This document shows positions 50,232 through 61,688 of a DNA stretch of 64,000 nucleotides, piece after piece. Each line of letters begins with the position of its first letter. The first letter of the stretch is position 1. The stretch lies in the NCBI GenBank assembly GCA_964234715.1, contig OZ174278.1; one strand, written 5' to 3'. A program made the translations under genes and the position numbers. The notes under the pieces are model-generated. The model did no database searches. It saw only the letters and a list, made by a program, of their open reading frames with translations, and was not told where the DNA came from. The DNA comes from Podarcis melisellensis. Its lineage: Eukaryota.

Positions 50232-50838
50232 CTCTTTGTGGGGCTGCCCTTGAGGTTGGTCCAGAAGCCTCAGCTGCTTCAAAATGTGTTGACTCGACTG
50301 CTCACTGGAGCAAGATATTGCAAACACCTTAACCCTCTGTTAAAAGAATAGCACTGGCTTCCAATTAGCTCCTGGGCTAAGTTCAAGATGCTGGTTTTGG
50401 TGTCTAATGCCCTGTACAGCTCAGGACCAATATATAAATATATGAAAAATCACCCTTTCATACCCAATTGACCACTGCCCTCTGCAGGTGAGGGCCCCCC
50501 ACAGATGTCATCTTATCAGGGGCTCTATTCCACATAATGTTGAAATTGGATCTTTGGTGTTTCCTTTGGACCTTTCGAATTCCTTCTCCTTGACTATTTA
50601 TTTTATTTATTGAATTTATATACCTCCCTATATCTGGAGGTCTCTATTAGACAGGCATTGTCTCTGTTGCTTTTTTATTCCTAAGGAAGACCTTCCTCCT
50701 TCACCAAGTCTTTTAAGTCAAGATGTGCCCAGTGTGCATCTGTATTGGAATTGTTCTTAAGATGTTTTTATTGATTTATTCCTTCTTGTTTGCTGCTATG
50801 AGCTCCTTTGGCAGGAAGGTTGAGATAGAAATTTAATT
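50232..50838 (+). mobile_element. L2 LINE ORF2 C-terminal/3' UTR fossil
   Basis: Translates LFVGLPLRLVQKPQLLQNVLTRLLTG...HLNPLLKE*HWLPI...KFKMLVLVSNAL, matching the L2 motifs LQ.VQN..ARL and L..LHWLP. Confidence 0.88.
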
Positions 50839-50938
50839 CAGAAAATATGCTCATTATTTAATACTTTATTTAATATAAAAATATAGGAACATTCACAAAT
50901 TCCATTTTACCTTTTTAGAGGTTACGAATTTATTCTAA

Positions 50939-51422
50939 TACCTTGGATCTCAAACGCCTTGGTACTCAAACGTTTTGGCTCCCGAATGCCACGAACCCGG
51001 AAGTGAGTGTTCCAGTTTGCAAACGTTCTTTGGAACCCGGATGTCTAATGGGGCTTCTGCAGCTTCCAGTTGGCTGCAGGAGCTTCCTGCAGCCAATCAG
51101 AAGCAGCACTTTGGCTTCCGAATGTTTTGGAAGTCAGACTTCTGGAATGGATTCTGTTCAACTTCCAAGGTACAGTGGTACCTCAGGTTACATACGCTTC
51201 AGGTTACATATGCTTCAGGTTACAGACTCTGCTAACCCAGAAATAGTGCTTCAGGTTAAGAACTTTGCTTCAGGATGAGAACACAAATCGTGCTCTGGCG
51301 GCACGGCAGCAGCAGGAGACCCCGTTAGCTAAAGTGGTGCTTCAGGTTAAGAACGGTTTCAGGTTAAGTACGCATCTCCGGAACGCATTAAGTACTTAAC
51401 TTGAGGTACCACTGTACGACTG
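50939..51422. mobile_element. Tc1/mariner MITE family B (host of a nested MITE)
   Basis: Colinear with 12721-12962 (GGAAGTGAGTGTTCCAGTTTG, CAGCCAAT). The right TIR is split as CCAAGGTA|insert|TACGACTG followed by TA. Confidence 0.85.
51173..51414. mobile_element. Tc1/mariner MITE family A, nested
   Basis: TIRs CAGTGGTACCTCAGGTTA / TAACTTGAGGTACCACTG. TA duplicated at 51171-51172 and 51415-51416. Confidence 0.92.
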
Positions 51423-54400
51423 TATATCCATTTTTATGGAATTTTGCCTAAAATATAGCCATTTTATACACAGTTTATTTAATTTGTAAAAGTATTTCTG
51501 TACCTCCACATCATAAAATTAAGAAGGCTTGCTTTTAAGACTGAATACATTATCTCCCGTATCTCTATGGTTGACTCTTTGAGCTGATCCATTTGTTCAT
51601 TCTAGATTGGGTAAACTGGGGTGGAAAGAAACCATACTGCAGGCTTTGCCAAATTGCTGTCATCTGGTTGCTTCATACACATTTCACGGTGGCTCTGTGG
51701 ATTTGTCTGCTGTCAAGCTCTTCTCCGAGAAAAATCCCTCAAATCAAGCAGTGACACAATCTGTGCCAAATTAGTAAGGGCAAGAGTGCTTTCTAGACAT
51801 CAGAAACACAAGTTGTTATGCTTTCAGAAATGGTAGATTTTGAGAATGGGATTAAAAGTAGGAGAGGCTTAACAAGTGAAGGTGGGCAGGTTGTTTCATG
51901 GTAATATTTCATTGTTCTTTCTGTGTATGATCTTTCTTTGTGTCCTGGATTTTACTGTACATTCTCTCTACTGTAAATTTTGGACTTAAAAGTGCTTCCA
52001 AACTTTTCTCATAGACAGTAGTAATCTTAGGAATTTATGCTCCTTGGGGTAGTTCAAATAAATGTTGAAGGATAATAAGATATATATTCAGTAGCCTTTC
52101 TAATACTTTAAGCAGTTCCCTTGCCCTCAAATCCGACCAGTGAAGAAGAAGAAGAAAACTGTCATTTTGTATGTTTAAAACTTCACACTTGGATTCATTA
52201 TCATTACAAAAGGAGCTGCATTAATATGGAGGCTACTGTGTATTCGCTTTCATTTCATGACATGGATAGCAGCTGGGCTTTGCTTCCCTAATTTGAACTT
52301 CTGGTTTGATTTCTCTTTTTAAAAAAATGATAAGATTTTGTATATGTGTGTGTGTGTAGTTGATGAGCAATGTTTATCACATCCTTTGAATGTTTGTCCT
52401 AGTCAACTCACTTTGAATGCTGAATGTCAAGTTTAGAAACAAATCTTGAAACTCCTTTTCATTTATAAATCTTATTTCAAAAGCTGTGTATTTAAGCCTC
52501 AAAAAGAAATCGCTTGGATACTTATACTATGTTTATCTCATTGCATAAGCAGCTAAAATAGACCTTTTGCGCAACCATACACATCCTTACACATCACTCA
52601 TACACACTCTGTGGACTTTAGGAATAGATTAGCAAATGTCTCCTGACGGCCACAATGCAAATAATATCGTTAGCTTCCACTTTAGTTGATTCTGAACTTA
52701 ACCCAAGAGTACAACTTGGTCTTATAAACAAAATATACCACTCAATAAGATGCATTCAGAATATTTTTGGTTGGTATCATTAAATTGTAAGATACAATGT
52801 GAGAAAAATTCTTAAAGAAAACTTGCTGGATTAGGAATTAAAACAGTTTAGTAGTTGAGGATCCATTTTAATAATTGTGGAAGCTTAAAAGTAAAGATGA
52901 ATATCTTGCTATTATTCAGAAACATGTTTAGATGCACTTTTTTATTTATCATTTATCTTTTTAAAAAACTTGGGATGTTAACTGAATTTCAGTAGTGAGG
53001 GGAAACCCCTATTTTTGCACAATCAATGATTCAAGTACAGGGTTTTCCATGGAAGATAAAGTAGTATAATGTATGAAAGCGAGAAGATGCAAATAGGAAT
53101 TCTTACCTGTATCTATAACCTTTTATTCCTGTTGTCTTGTAACTAAAGGTTAGCTCTTCCCAGATGCAGCACAACACCACATCCTTCAAGTACATTGTGT
53201 GAAAAGTGGAATCACTCAGACTTTAGCCTGATTGTGCAGCATAACAGCACTGTCTGTTCATGAGATTTGGTCTGTGGTGCTTGCATACACATATCTTTCT
53301 ATGCTGTGTGTTGATCAGGATTTACTAGCCTTTTTGTGTGTGGAGGGGATCTGTTTTATAACTGGGTGCACTAGTGTCTGGAAAGAGATATTTTATTTAT
53401 TTTGCATTACATTTCCAGCTGTATGATTAAGTGTGTGCAGCTAAGAAATTATTGGCATTCTTCATGCTCTTGCGTGGGCATGGCTCACTGTATGTGTGTG
53501 TGTGGGGGGGTGCTCTTTAAGGCCTGACACACATGTTTTGAGTGAACCATGAGTTGTATGCTCATACCCAAAGCTCACCTAACAAGGAGGGCTTGTTTTC
53601 CTCCCTATCCTTAGCTGGAGAACTACAACCTGTGACTGCTTACATGCCCAGGGGTCTTAAGAGTTAGTTAAAATCATCACCTGCCCAAGCTATTGGAATT
53701 TGGTTAATTTGTTTGGAGATCCTCCAAGTATTATATTTTAATAGCTCTCATCCCTTTTCTTTTTTCATGAGTATTCATTCCAAGTGTGGGAGCAATGATT
53801 GCCACATTAAATATTCCTAATGGTCACATCTAATTATTTGATAGTAATAATCAGCATAGGTGTTGTTCTGTTGCCATATATTTTTATATTGTCCCCTCTA
53901 TTATAGTTACCCCCCATTTTTTAAAAAAGTTATTTCTTACTCTTGTATGACTGAAGATTCCAAAGAACAGCAAACATATACAGACCAAGCTGGGACAGTA
54001 TTGTGTAAATGGCACCTCATTGTCAATTGTATTGTGTGGCATTATGTTGTGGCTCTGATCTGTTAAAGCCCAAACTAAAAATGTGGCATTGCATACATGA
54101 GCTGACCTATGGAGAGTAGCCGCTGATCTGCACAGCAAAGTGGTATGTTATTCTTTTCTTACATTTTGTCTCTCTGTGTGTTCTTTTATTCTATTGACAT
54201 TGTCCTCCCCCTTATTAGAAAGTATAAGGCGTAGATACAGATAGCATGGTTGCTTGCTTTTTACTACAGAATACAAATGGAGTAAAATTTAACTTCCTTT
54301 ATCCTGGCTAAGAATCTACTGAAGTTCCCAATTGGCTTTCCATCAGGATCTTTAATGCTTTTGGAAACCGGCTCTGATTTCTCAAAGAACTCATTTGATT

Positions 54401-54597
54401 TGGCTATAACACTTAATGATCTGTGAATGTAAATGAAAAGGATGTAGTTTGTATTAATTAACATTACAATAATTTGCTGCTGCTAATGAACACTAGCTAG
54501 ACTTCTAGTATTAAACTCCAAGCATATGCCTCGAAAATATTTACTGTACAGCCCACTTAACCTGTATGTCAAGGTCTGTGGGTCAAATGTGGCCTTT

Positions 54598-54725
54598 CAG
54601 GCATCCCCAAACTCTAAGTTTTTGGGACTACAATTCCCATCATCCCTGACCACTGGTCCTGTTAGCTAGGGATGATGGGAGTTGTAGTCCCAAAACATCT
54701 GGAGGGCAGAGTTTGGCCATGCCTG
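54598..54725. mobile_element. Hairpin hAT MITE (same family as 61061-61196)
   Basis: CAGGCAT...ATGCCTG ends, with palindromic arms TTTTGGGACTACAATTCCCATCATCCCT / AGGGATGATGGGAGTTGTAGTCCCAAAA. Adjacent to an older related remnant ending near 54803. Confidence 0.85.
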
Positions 54726-55144
54726 CTCTATACAGTGCTTGGCTGGGGCTGATGGGAGTTGTAGTTCAACAACATGTGAAGGACCAGAGGTTAGCCACCC
54801 CTATCCTAAAAGTTATGGACAGGTTTTTTGTTTTTGTTGAACTATGGACTATTTCATACATGCATATTCATCACTTGGTGACTTGCAGGTACAGGCTTAT
54901 TTGTCTAAATGTATTGCATGGATGATTTATTAACAGGCTGTCTTCTGGAATTCCAGAAATGATTGTCTAATGTGTTCATATTCCTCTCTCGTGAGATTCC
55001 TTGTACTAAATCTCCTACATGAGCTTGAAGTAACACTGCTCATTGAAGAAAAGCCTGCATATTTGAACTAAATGTTAACATGATAACATTAAATAAATTT
55101 GTCTCTAAAAGTCACTGAAAATGGTGAAGCTTAATATAGCATTT

Positions 55145-55460
55145 TGATTAAGAACAGATGGCTTGTTAATTAGGATTACCCATCTGCCCTCAATCAATGG
55201 TAAAACCTGTGTGATAATGACTGATGTGACAGGCAATGCAATATATGTGGCCTCTTGTAGGAATACATTCACCCAACAGGATTAATTATGCCTGATTCAT
55301 TTGCTCATTTTAAATGTTTTATACCAAAGTGAGGGATGAAAGATTGCTATATAGAAAGCATGCAAATTAAAAATGGATCTAAGAAACAATTACCTAGTTT
55401 AGTGGGACAGCACTAGGGTGATTAATCTGTAACATTAATTAGGTAAATTTTACCTCTGTG
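55145..55460. promoter_or_regulatory. Candidate homeodomain/POU/E-box motif cluster
   Basis: CAGATGG and CATCTG E-boxes, TGACAG (55227), GATTAATTA, ATGCAAAT (55360), TGATTAAT (55419) and CATTAATTAG in unique sequence. Confidence 0.3.
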
Positions 55461-55600
55461 TATGAATAATCCATAAGCACTTTGAAGATTAAAAAAACAG
55501 AAAAAACACAAAGTACAACCTGAGTAATTTTCAGGTATGTTGATTCAGTATGTGCATGAACTACTTGATTTCTTTCAGAAGGCAAGTGAAGTACATCAAG

Positions 55601-55803
55601 GTTAAACCTTCAAGGCCAAGTTCCTTGTTGAATCATACAGATGGCTCTTCTCTGCCCAGAGGTTAATTCATGCATGTGGACCCTATCCCTCTGATTACTC
55701 CACCAATTCTTTCAGGATTGGGGCTGCTACCACCACGTTTAGTTCAGGTCTCCCACTTTCTTGAATTAAATCCTTGAGTCACTGGCATTCCGGAGCTTAC
55801 AAA
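55601..55803 (+). mobile_element. Tyrosine recombinase fossil of a Ngaro/DIRS-type retrotransposon
   Basis: Translates VKPSRPSSLLNHTDGSSLPRG*F, then after a frame change PSDYSTNSFRIGAATTTFSSGLPLS*IKSLSHWHSGAYK. These match the YR motifs H.DG.PL..QF and HSFRIGAAT...GL...IK.LGRW.S.AY. Confidence 0.85.
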
Positions 55804-56581
55804 GGTTTGTGGTTCACAGCCTGGAAAAGGATCCCCACCTCTGCACTAGAAACTTTATAACTCCCCCCGCCCCCTTGTCTGTGACTGCAAAAATAAGGTC
55901 AGCTGTGCCACAATGGATAGGAGGCCAGTACATATAATGGGTGAACTACTGATGAGTCATGTGTGATACAGACCTATTTAACAGACGCAACACAAATAGC
56001 CTAAAATATCCAGGTTAAGAGGGCTGTGTATCTTGACATGTGAAACTATTTCAGTCCAATAAAGAATGCAGGAAATCTATTCACTGTCATTTTTTTTAAA
56101 AAAGAAATCACCAATGTTTGAATATTATGGAAATGTTTTGTTTGTAAAATGTTCACAGATCCCTATTGTTGGGTATGATTCTGCTTTGTTTTGGTTCCTT
56201 TCTCTCAGACCAGGCTGTTATTTGATCAAAAAGTACACAGAAAATGGAGAGTAGAATCCAGGGACCTACAAGAGCCAATTTAGTAGGTATACAGTATTCA
56301 GCTACAAGCACAGAAGGGATTAAGAAGTTAGTTCTGCTTAACTCAAATGCAGGCTAACACAAGCACCAGGTTGTACTAGATAACAGTTACTATGGCAACT
56401 TCTTTCTTTAGTGTCCCTGTGAAGAGAATATTCACTAGCAGAATAGGCCCAATAATTACAAAACATTTCAACAGGAGATGTTATTATACTCCACTTCAGC
56501 AACGTACCTAAATTTCTAAATATATATTTAAAAGCTTCATTCAGAATTAAAGGGTGCAAAGTGAGAGATGTTGCATTGTAG

Positions 56582-57120
56582 TGTTATGAGTTTTGGGGTC
56601 CAGATCCCTCTAAATTCCTGGATTCAGTAAGTGTTTAGAATTTAATCAAGGCTTAAGGTGTTAAGGTGTGTGCCAGACACTTCTAATCCCTGGATCCAGC
56701 AAGTGTTAAAAGCTATTTAAGTCAGGCTAGCTTCCTGTGCTGACTTGGGTGATGGGTCATCATGGGTGATGGGCCATTAAGAGAACAAAGGGTCATGAGG
56801 GCTCAAAGAGACAACAAATAAGTGGGGGTAGGGAGGCTCCCTCAACAGATTAAGCCAGAGTTTAGAGTAGAAAGTTTAGGGACAGTGATGTAACAGAAAA
56901 GCAAAACATCAAGCGGAAAAGCTAGAGAGGGAGATGGATGGTTGATTTCTGTTTGAATCCAGGACTGCAGCTATAGGAAAAGCAAGACCTTTTGGGGGAA
57001 TGTTAATGCTGTGAACCTCTCCTTCACTCTGCCTCGTTTCCAAAAGGAAACACAAACCACTGGTAAATGCCTGTAACCCCTGGAATCTCACACTGCTCAG
57101 AGATTGGGGTAGCGGCAACA
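56582..57120 (+). mobile_element. Putative solo LTR (family 2)
   Basis: TGTT...AACA termini, ~540 bp, homologous to 48643-49184 (opposite strand), with internal short duplications. TSD not evident. Confidence 0.6.
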
Positions 57121-57125
57121 GTGTT

Positions 57126-57477
57126 GAAGGTAAAGGGACCCCTGACCATTAGGTCCAGTCATGGCCGACTCTGGGGTTACAGCGCTCATCTCGCTTTATT
57201 GGCCGAGGGAACCAGTGTACAGCTTCCAGGTCATGTGGCCAGCATGACTAAGCCACTTCTGGAGAACCAGAGCAATGCACAGAAACTCCGTTTACCTTCC
57301 CACCGAAGCGGTACCTATTTATTACTTGCACTTTGACATGCTTTCAAACTGCTACGTTTGCAGGAGCAGGGACCAAGCAACTGGAGCTCAACCCGTTGCG
57401 GGGATTCGAACCGCTGACCTTCTGATCGGCAAGTCCTAGGCTCTGTGGTTTAACCCACAGTGCCACCCGCATCCCAC
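57126..57477 (-). mobile_element. Sauria SINE (Squam1), full length
   Basis: On the minus strand: head GGGATGCGGGTGGCACTGTGGGTTAAACC, B-box GGTTCGAATCC and tail CCCTTTACCTT. Exact 11-bp TSD GCAACAGTGTT (57115-57125 / 57478-57488). Confidence 0.95.
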
Positions 57478-57502
57478 GCAACAGTGTTAATTTGAAGTAA
57501 AA

Positions 57503-57818
57503 AAGGTAAAGGTAAAGGGCCCCTGGATGGTTAAGTCCTGTCAAAGGCGACTATGGGGTTGCGGCGCTCATCTTGCTTTTTGGGCCGAGGGAGCCGGGGT
57601 TTGTTCACAGACAGCTTTCCAGGTCATGTGGCCAGCATGACTAAACCACTTTTGGTGCAACGGAACACCCTAACAGAAACCAGAGCTCACAGAAACACCA
57701 TTTACCTTCCCGTTGCAGTGGTACCTATTCATCTACATGCACTGGAATGCTTTCGAACTGCTAGGTTGGCAGGAGCTGGAACAGAGCAACGGGAGCTCAC
57801 CCCATTGAGTAGATTTGA
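57503..57818 (-). mobile_element. Sauria SINE (Squam1), longer subfamily, 5'-truncated
   Basis: AAGGTAAAGGTAAAGG tail; body matches 10106-10453 (CCCCTGGATGGTTA, GCAACGG.ACACC segment). Confidence 0.9.
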
Positions 57819-57900
57819 TTTGATTTTATGTAATCTGCCTTGATAAGGTATACACCATAAAAGGTGGGGTAAAAATACTGCTAATAATAGGCATTTAAGG

Positions 57901-58033
57901 TAAGGTTACCAGACGTCCCCATTTCCTGGGGACAGTCCGCGGATTTACAAATCGGTCCCCTGACAAAATCCATCTATTTAGTAGGAAGTTGAAAAGTGTC
58001 CCCGGATTCATTGAAAATGATCTGGTAATCTTA
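57901..58033. mobile_element. hAT (Blackjack-like) MITE
   Basis: TIRs TAAGGTTACCAGA / TCTGGTAATCTTA, exact 8-bp TSD ATTTAAGG and GTCCC subterminal motifs. Confidence 0.88.
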
Positions 58034-58201
58034 ATTTAAGGTTTAACCTAGAATCAAGGGCGCATTGGTAGAGTTTGCCAATGCTTCAAAGCCCAGTAAC
58101 CAAGCTGGAGAACAGAGCAACTTTGCCTCCATCCTACAAGATGAATTGTTATAGGAAGCAAGGCACAATGGCTATGTTCTATCTCCAGTGTCAGGGGCAG
58201 T

Positions 58202-58452
58202 AGAAGAAGAAGAAAAAGAGTTTGGATTTGATATCCCACTTTATCACTACCCGAAGGAGTCTCAAAGCGGCTAACATTCTCCTTTCCCTTCCTCCCCCAT
58301 AACAAACACTCTGTGAGGTGAGAGGGGCTGAGAGACTTCAAAGAAGTGTGACTAGCCCAAGGTAACCCAGCAGCTGCATGTGGAGGAGCGGAGACGCAAA
58401 CCTGGTTAACCAGATTATGAGTCTACCGCTCTTAACCACTACACCACACTGG
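58202..58452 (-). mobile_element. tRNA-derived CORE-SINE (probably Squam2-type)
   Basis: On the minus strand: CCAGTGTGGTGTAGTGGTTAAGAGCGG (A-box), core CTGGGTTACCTTGGGCTAGTCAC, CCTCACAGAGTGTTTGTT and a (TTC)n tail. Confidence 0.85.
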
Positions 58453-60559
58453 TATTCCACACTCTAAATGTCAGTTGCTGGAAATATATCTGATTCAATG
58501 GTATACAACATAACCATGCAACATTACCATGTAACATTACATGTCTAATATTTATGTTTAGTCAGAGATGAATAGCCTGACATCTTAAGGTCTCCTCTCT
58601 AGTGAGCTAATCTATCCTCCTCTGTTCAGGCGATATATGTATAGAATCATTTGTCCTTAATTCCCATCCAGCTAGGACTGTCATGCTGAGCTGAAGTCTG
58701 CCATGGCATCATTGCCAAGGGCTAGCTCATTGAGACAAATAAATATCCTAAGGGTGCCTTGTGTCTGTGAGTTTATACATTGGAAAACGAGCCAAGTTCA
58801 GCTGCAATTTTATTGCTCTGTCATTGGACAATATAGGGAACCATAAAGATTGCTGGTAGCTTAAAATATAGTGCATCATTCCAAAATGAAACGTCAAGTT
58901 GCAGTCAACCAGGAAGAAGCTTTCCTTACTAATGGCGGAACTATGACCCAGTACATTATGGATTTCTCCAAAACTAGATAAACTTTACAGGTTAATTAAA
59001 ATAATGCATTTCCACTTTTTTGTACATTGAATCAGGGCAATAAGTATTCAAGGGCAATATTTCAGGAAAATCCCATAACGTGAGCATATTTTGTGGTTTC
59101 AATTAAATCATCAAATTTTTAAATTTCAACAGCTAATGGAAATCTTACATTTTGTTCTTAGCAACTGATTTTTTTTGTATATATTGAAATGCCTTCTTTT
59201 GAAATTCCTTCTCTTGGTTTCAGGAACTGCTAGTGTAGAATCAGAAACCCACTGCCCCATTCCTTTATGTGGGATATATCCAGCCCCATATAACCAACAT
59301 GCTTAAATCTAATTAATGCATGAAGGAGTTAAGAGCATAGAGTAAGCTGTTCTGTCAGGCTTAGCCAAGTCATTCCCCCCTCAGCCAGGGAGGAAGGCTA
59401 CCAAACTCTGTTCTCTCACTTCCACAATGTGAACCCTACCAGTAAGGAGGTCTAAGCGGGATGCTCCAAGCTTAGATTGTGTGGGTTAAGCAAGCCATCT
59501 TTGTGTTTTTTACGCAAACAATTTAGAAACATTTATCATTTGGGAACCAAAGTTATACTGCCTGTTTTTCTTTCTGCTGTATGGAAAAGCACATGAATCT
59601 GACCTTTGAAGTAAACCATTTTTACCTTACCAAGTGTGTGGTCTCTTTCTATGCTAAGAGAAGTGGGAACTTTGAAAGCAACTTAGAAGGGGATATTTTA
59701 AACATCTAACAGTCTATATTTCCACTCTTTACTTCATTGCATGTTTTGTGATTTCAAATCTCTGCTGGGACTCTCTCACCAAAGAATATTTGCCCTAAAC
59801 CTGAATCTCGGCATCTAAGAAATTATCCATTTTGAACTACCTGGGTAATTTATCCAAGCAATAAATATTGTACAGGTATTGGTGTGAGATAATTGGCTAT
59901 CATGAATACAAAGGCTTCTTCTGTCGTTTTGACCTCTTGGCTTTGACCCTTGACCAAATACCCAGCACTGACTCCTGGCTTAATGCCCCTCCCCACTGCA
60001 ACTCTTACCCTTAGCTTGATTCCTGACTCCTGTCCCTGATTAAGACCTGACCAATTTTGGTGTCAAGGGAATTTAAAAATAAAGTACACACAGAGCTGGA
60101 GCTTGGTCCTGATGGCGATGCAAATCATCCCCTTCCCAGTCATCAAATCAATCATTTGATGAGCAGGAAGGGAGCAACAGCCCCCATTCTTCAGCTGATT
60201 GGCATGGATCAGCTGAGAAGGTGGAGCTATTTGCCCGTGTTTGTTGTGTGCACATGTGAATGTCTATGTGAGAGAGAAAAACCACACTCACCTTTAGCTA
60301 CACACCCCATGGATATGCACCCCTAGAGGGTTGCCAAAACTGAATGTGGCTCTTTGGCCATAACAAGATTAGCCATCACTGATTTGTCTCATTTGTTAGA
60401 TAAAATGGGATAGTGAATGTAAAATAGGTTTCAGGGCATATATTTATAAGTAATCCTTCAGCTGGGTAGTCTCATTGAAAGGGTGAGAGAAGTTAACAAT
60501 GGTTTTGTTTTGTTTTTAAGGAAGCACATACCAATGTTTTTTAGTCTCCAAGAAAGAGA

Positions 60560-60607
<48 letters not shown>

Positions 60608-60680
60608 TTTTTATCTCTATCCCACCCTCCCCAGCCGAAGCCGGGCTCAGAGCGGCTAACAACAATAAAATAAAACAACA
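60560..60680 (-). mobile_element. L2-type LINE 3' tail with (AAT)16 microsatellite (60560-60607)
   Basis: The minus strand reads GTTAGCCGCTCTGAGCCCGGCTTCGGCTGGGGAGGGTGGGATAG, a stem-loop 3' end, followed by (ATT)n. Confidence 0.75.
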
Positions 60681-61060
60681 TAAAGTTGTGGGCCAGCCCT
60701 AAGAATTTCACTTTATGTGCCATTGCTGTTTAGAAGATTATCACATAAATGAAGGTGCTCCTGTTTGATCTTAGGGATCAAGATGTGAAGAAATAATTTG
60801 AAGCAATATAGCTATTTGAACAATGCTGGCATTTGAGCAAGGTGAAGGGCAGACATGTGGAATGCCTAATGTTTATGAGGCCTGATAGTTGTGAGATGGA
60901 TGGGGAGGAAGGTTAAAGGTGAGCAGGAGGGGCTGCTGTTGAGGCAATGGAATAGAGTCTACTTCAAAGATAGCCTGATAGACTAGGAATGATGTAGCTG
61001 TGACCAATTAGCTTAAAGTTCTTGGTTTGAGAAGATGTGTAGGAATTCATTGCACTATGC

Positions 61061-61196
61061 CAGGCATAGGCAAGCTCGGCTCTCCAGATGTTTTGGGACT
61101 ACAATTCCCATCATCCCTAGCTAACAGGACCAGTGGTCAGGGATGATGGCAATTGTAATTCCAAAACATCTGGAGGGCCACGTTTGCCTATGCCTG
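61061..61196. mobile_element. Hairpin hAT MITE
   Basis: TIRs CAGGCATAGGCAA / TTGCCTATGCCTG extend into long palindromic arms. 8-bp TSD CACTATGC / TACTATGC. Confidence 0.92.
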
Positions 61197-61379
61197 TACT
61201 ATGCCATGGGAATATCTTGCCCCCACCTTACTGAGCAGGTGAGAGATCCTGTTGCAGCAGTGAAATACACATCACTCTCCCAGGTGCTTTTGGTCTCTAT
61301 TTGTATAGACCCACCTGGAAAATGGACTTTGGTGGGGTGGAAGATTTCCCACAACAAAGAGGTCCCTGAGCTTAATAAT

Positions 61380-61537
61380 ATTAAAATACTGTAATATATC
61401 AAACATTAAAAGCTTCCCTAAACAGGGCTGCCTTCAGATGTCTTCTAAAAGTCTGGTAGTTGTTGTTCTCTTTGACATCTGGTGGGAGGGTGTTCCACAG
61501 GAAGGGCACCACTACCGAGAAGTCCCTCTGCCTGGTT
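61380..61537 (-). mobile_element. L2 LINE 3' fragment
   Basis: Minus frame reads TRQRDFSVVVPFLWNTLPPDVKENNNYQTFRRHLKAALFREA. Confidence 0.85.
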
Positions 61538-61541
61538 CACA

Positions 61542-61688
61542 GGATAGCTCAGTTGGTTAAAGCATGGTGCTGATAGCACCAAGGTCACAAGTTTGATTCC
61601 CATATGGGACAGCTTCATATTCCTGTATTGCAGGGGGTTGATCCTCAGGGTCTCTTCCACACTACTGTACAGTGCTACGATTCTGTGA
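61542..61688 (+). mobile_element. Squam3-like tRNA-derived SINE
   Basis: A-box TAGCTCAGTTGG, B-box GTTTGATTCC, TTCCTGTATTGCAGGGGGTTG and a CR1-like GATTCTGTGA tail; ~150 bp. Confidence 0.8.

Noticed and set aside
54264-54420. Minus-strand candidate exon SLSVIAKSNEFFEK... after a CAG acceptor
   Set aside because: No good donor before the stop, no recognised homology and no partner exons.
48643-57120. Family-2 LTR pair read as one element enclosing the tyrosine recombinase fragment (DIRS-like inverted termini)
   Set aside because: The copies are diverged. The 7.4-kb interior is ordinary genomic sequence with unrelated L2 and MITE insertions, and no gag, RT or RNase H was found.
61061-61196. 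Long hairpin read as a pre-miRNA (also 54598-54725)
   Set aside because: Explained by a multi-copy hAT MITE with TIRs and an 8-bp TSD; no expression evidence.
61542-61615. tRNA gene
   Set aside because: It has A/B boxes but degenerate stems and continues into a SINE body and tail, so it is a SINE head.
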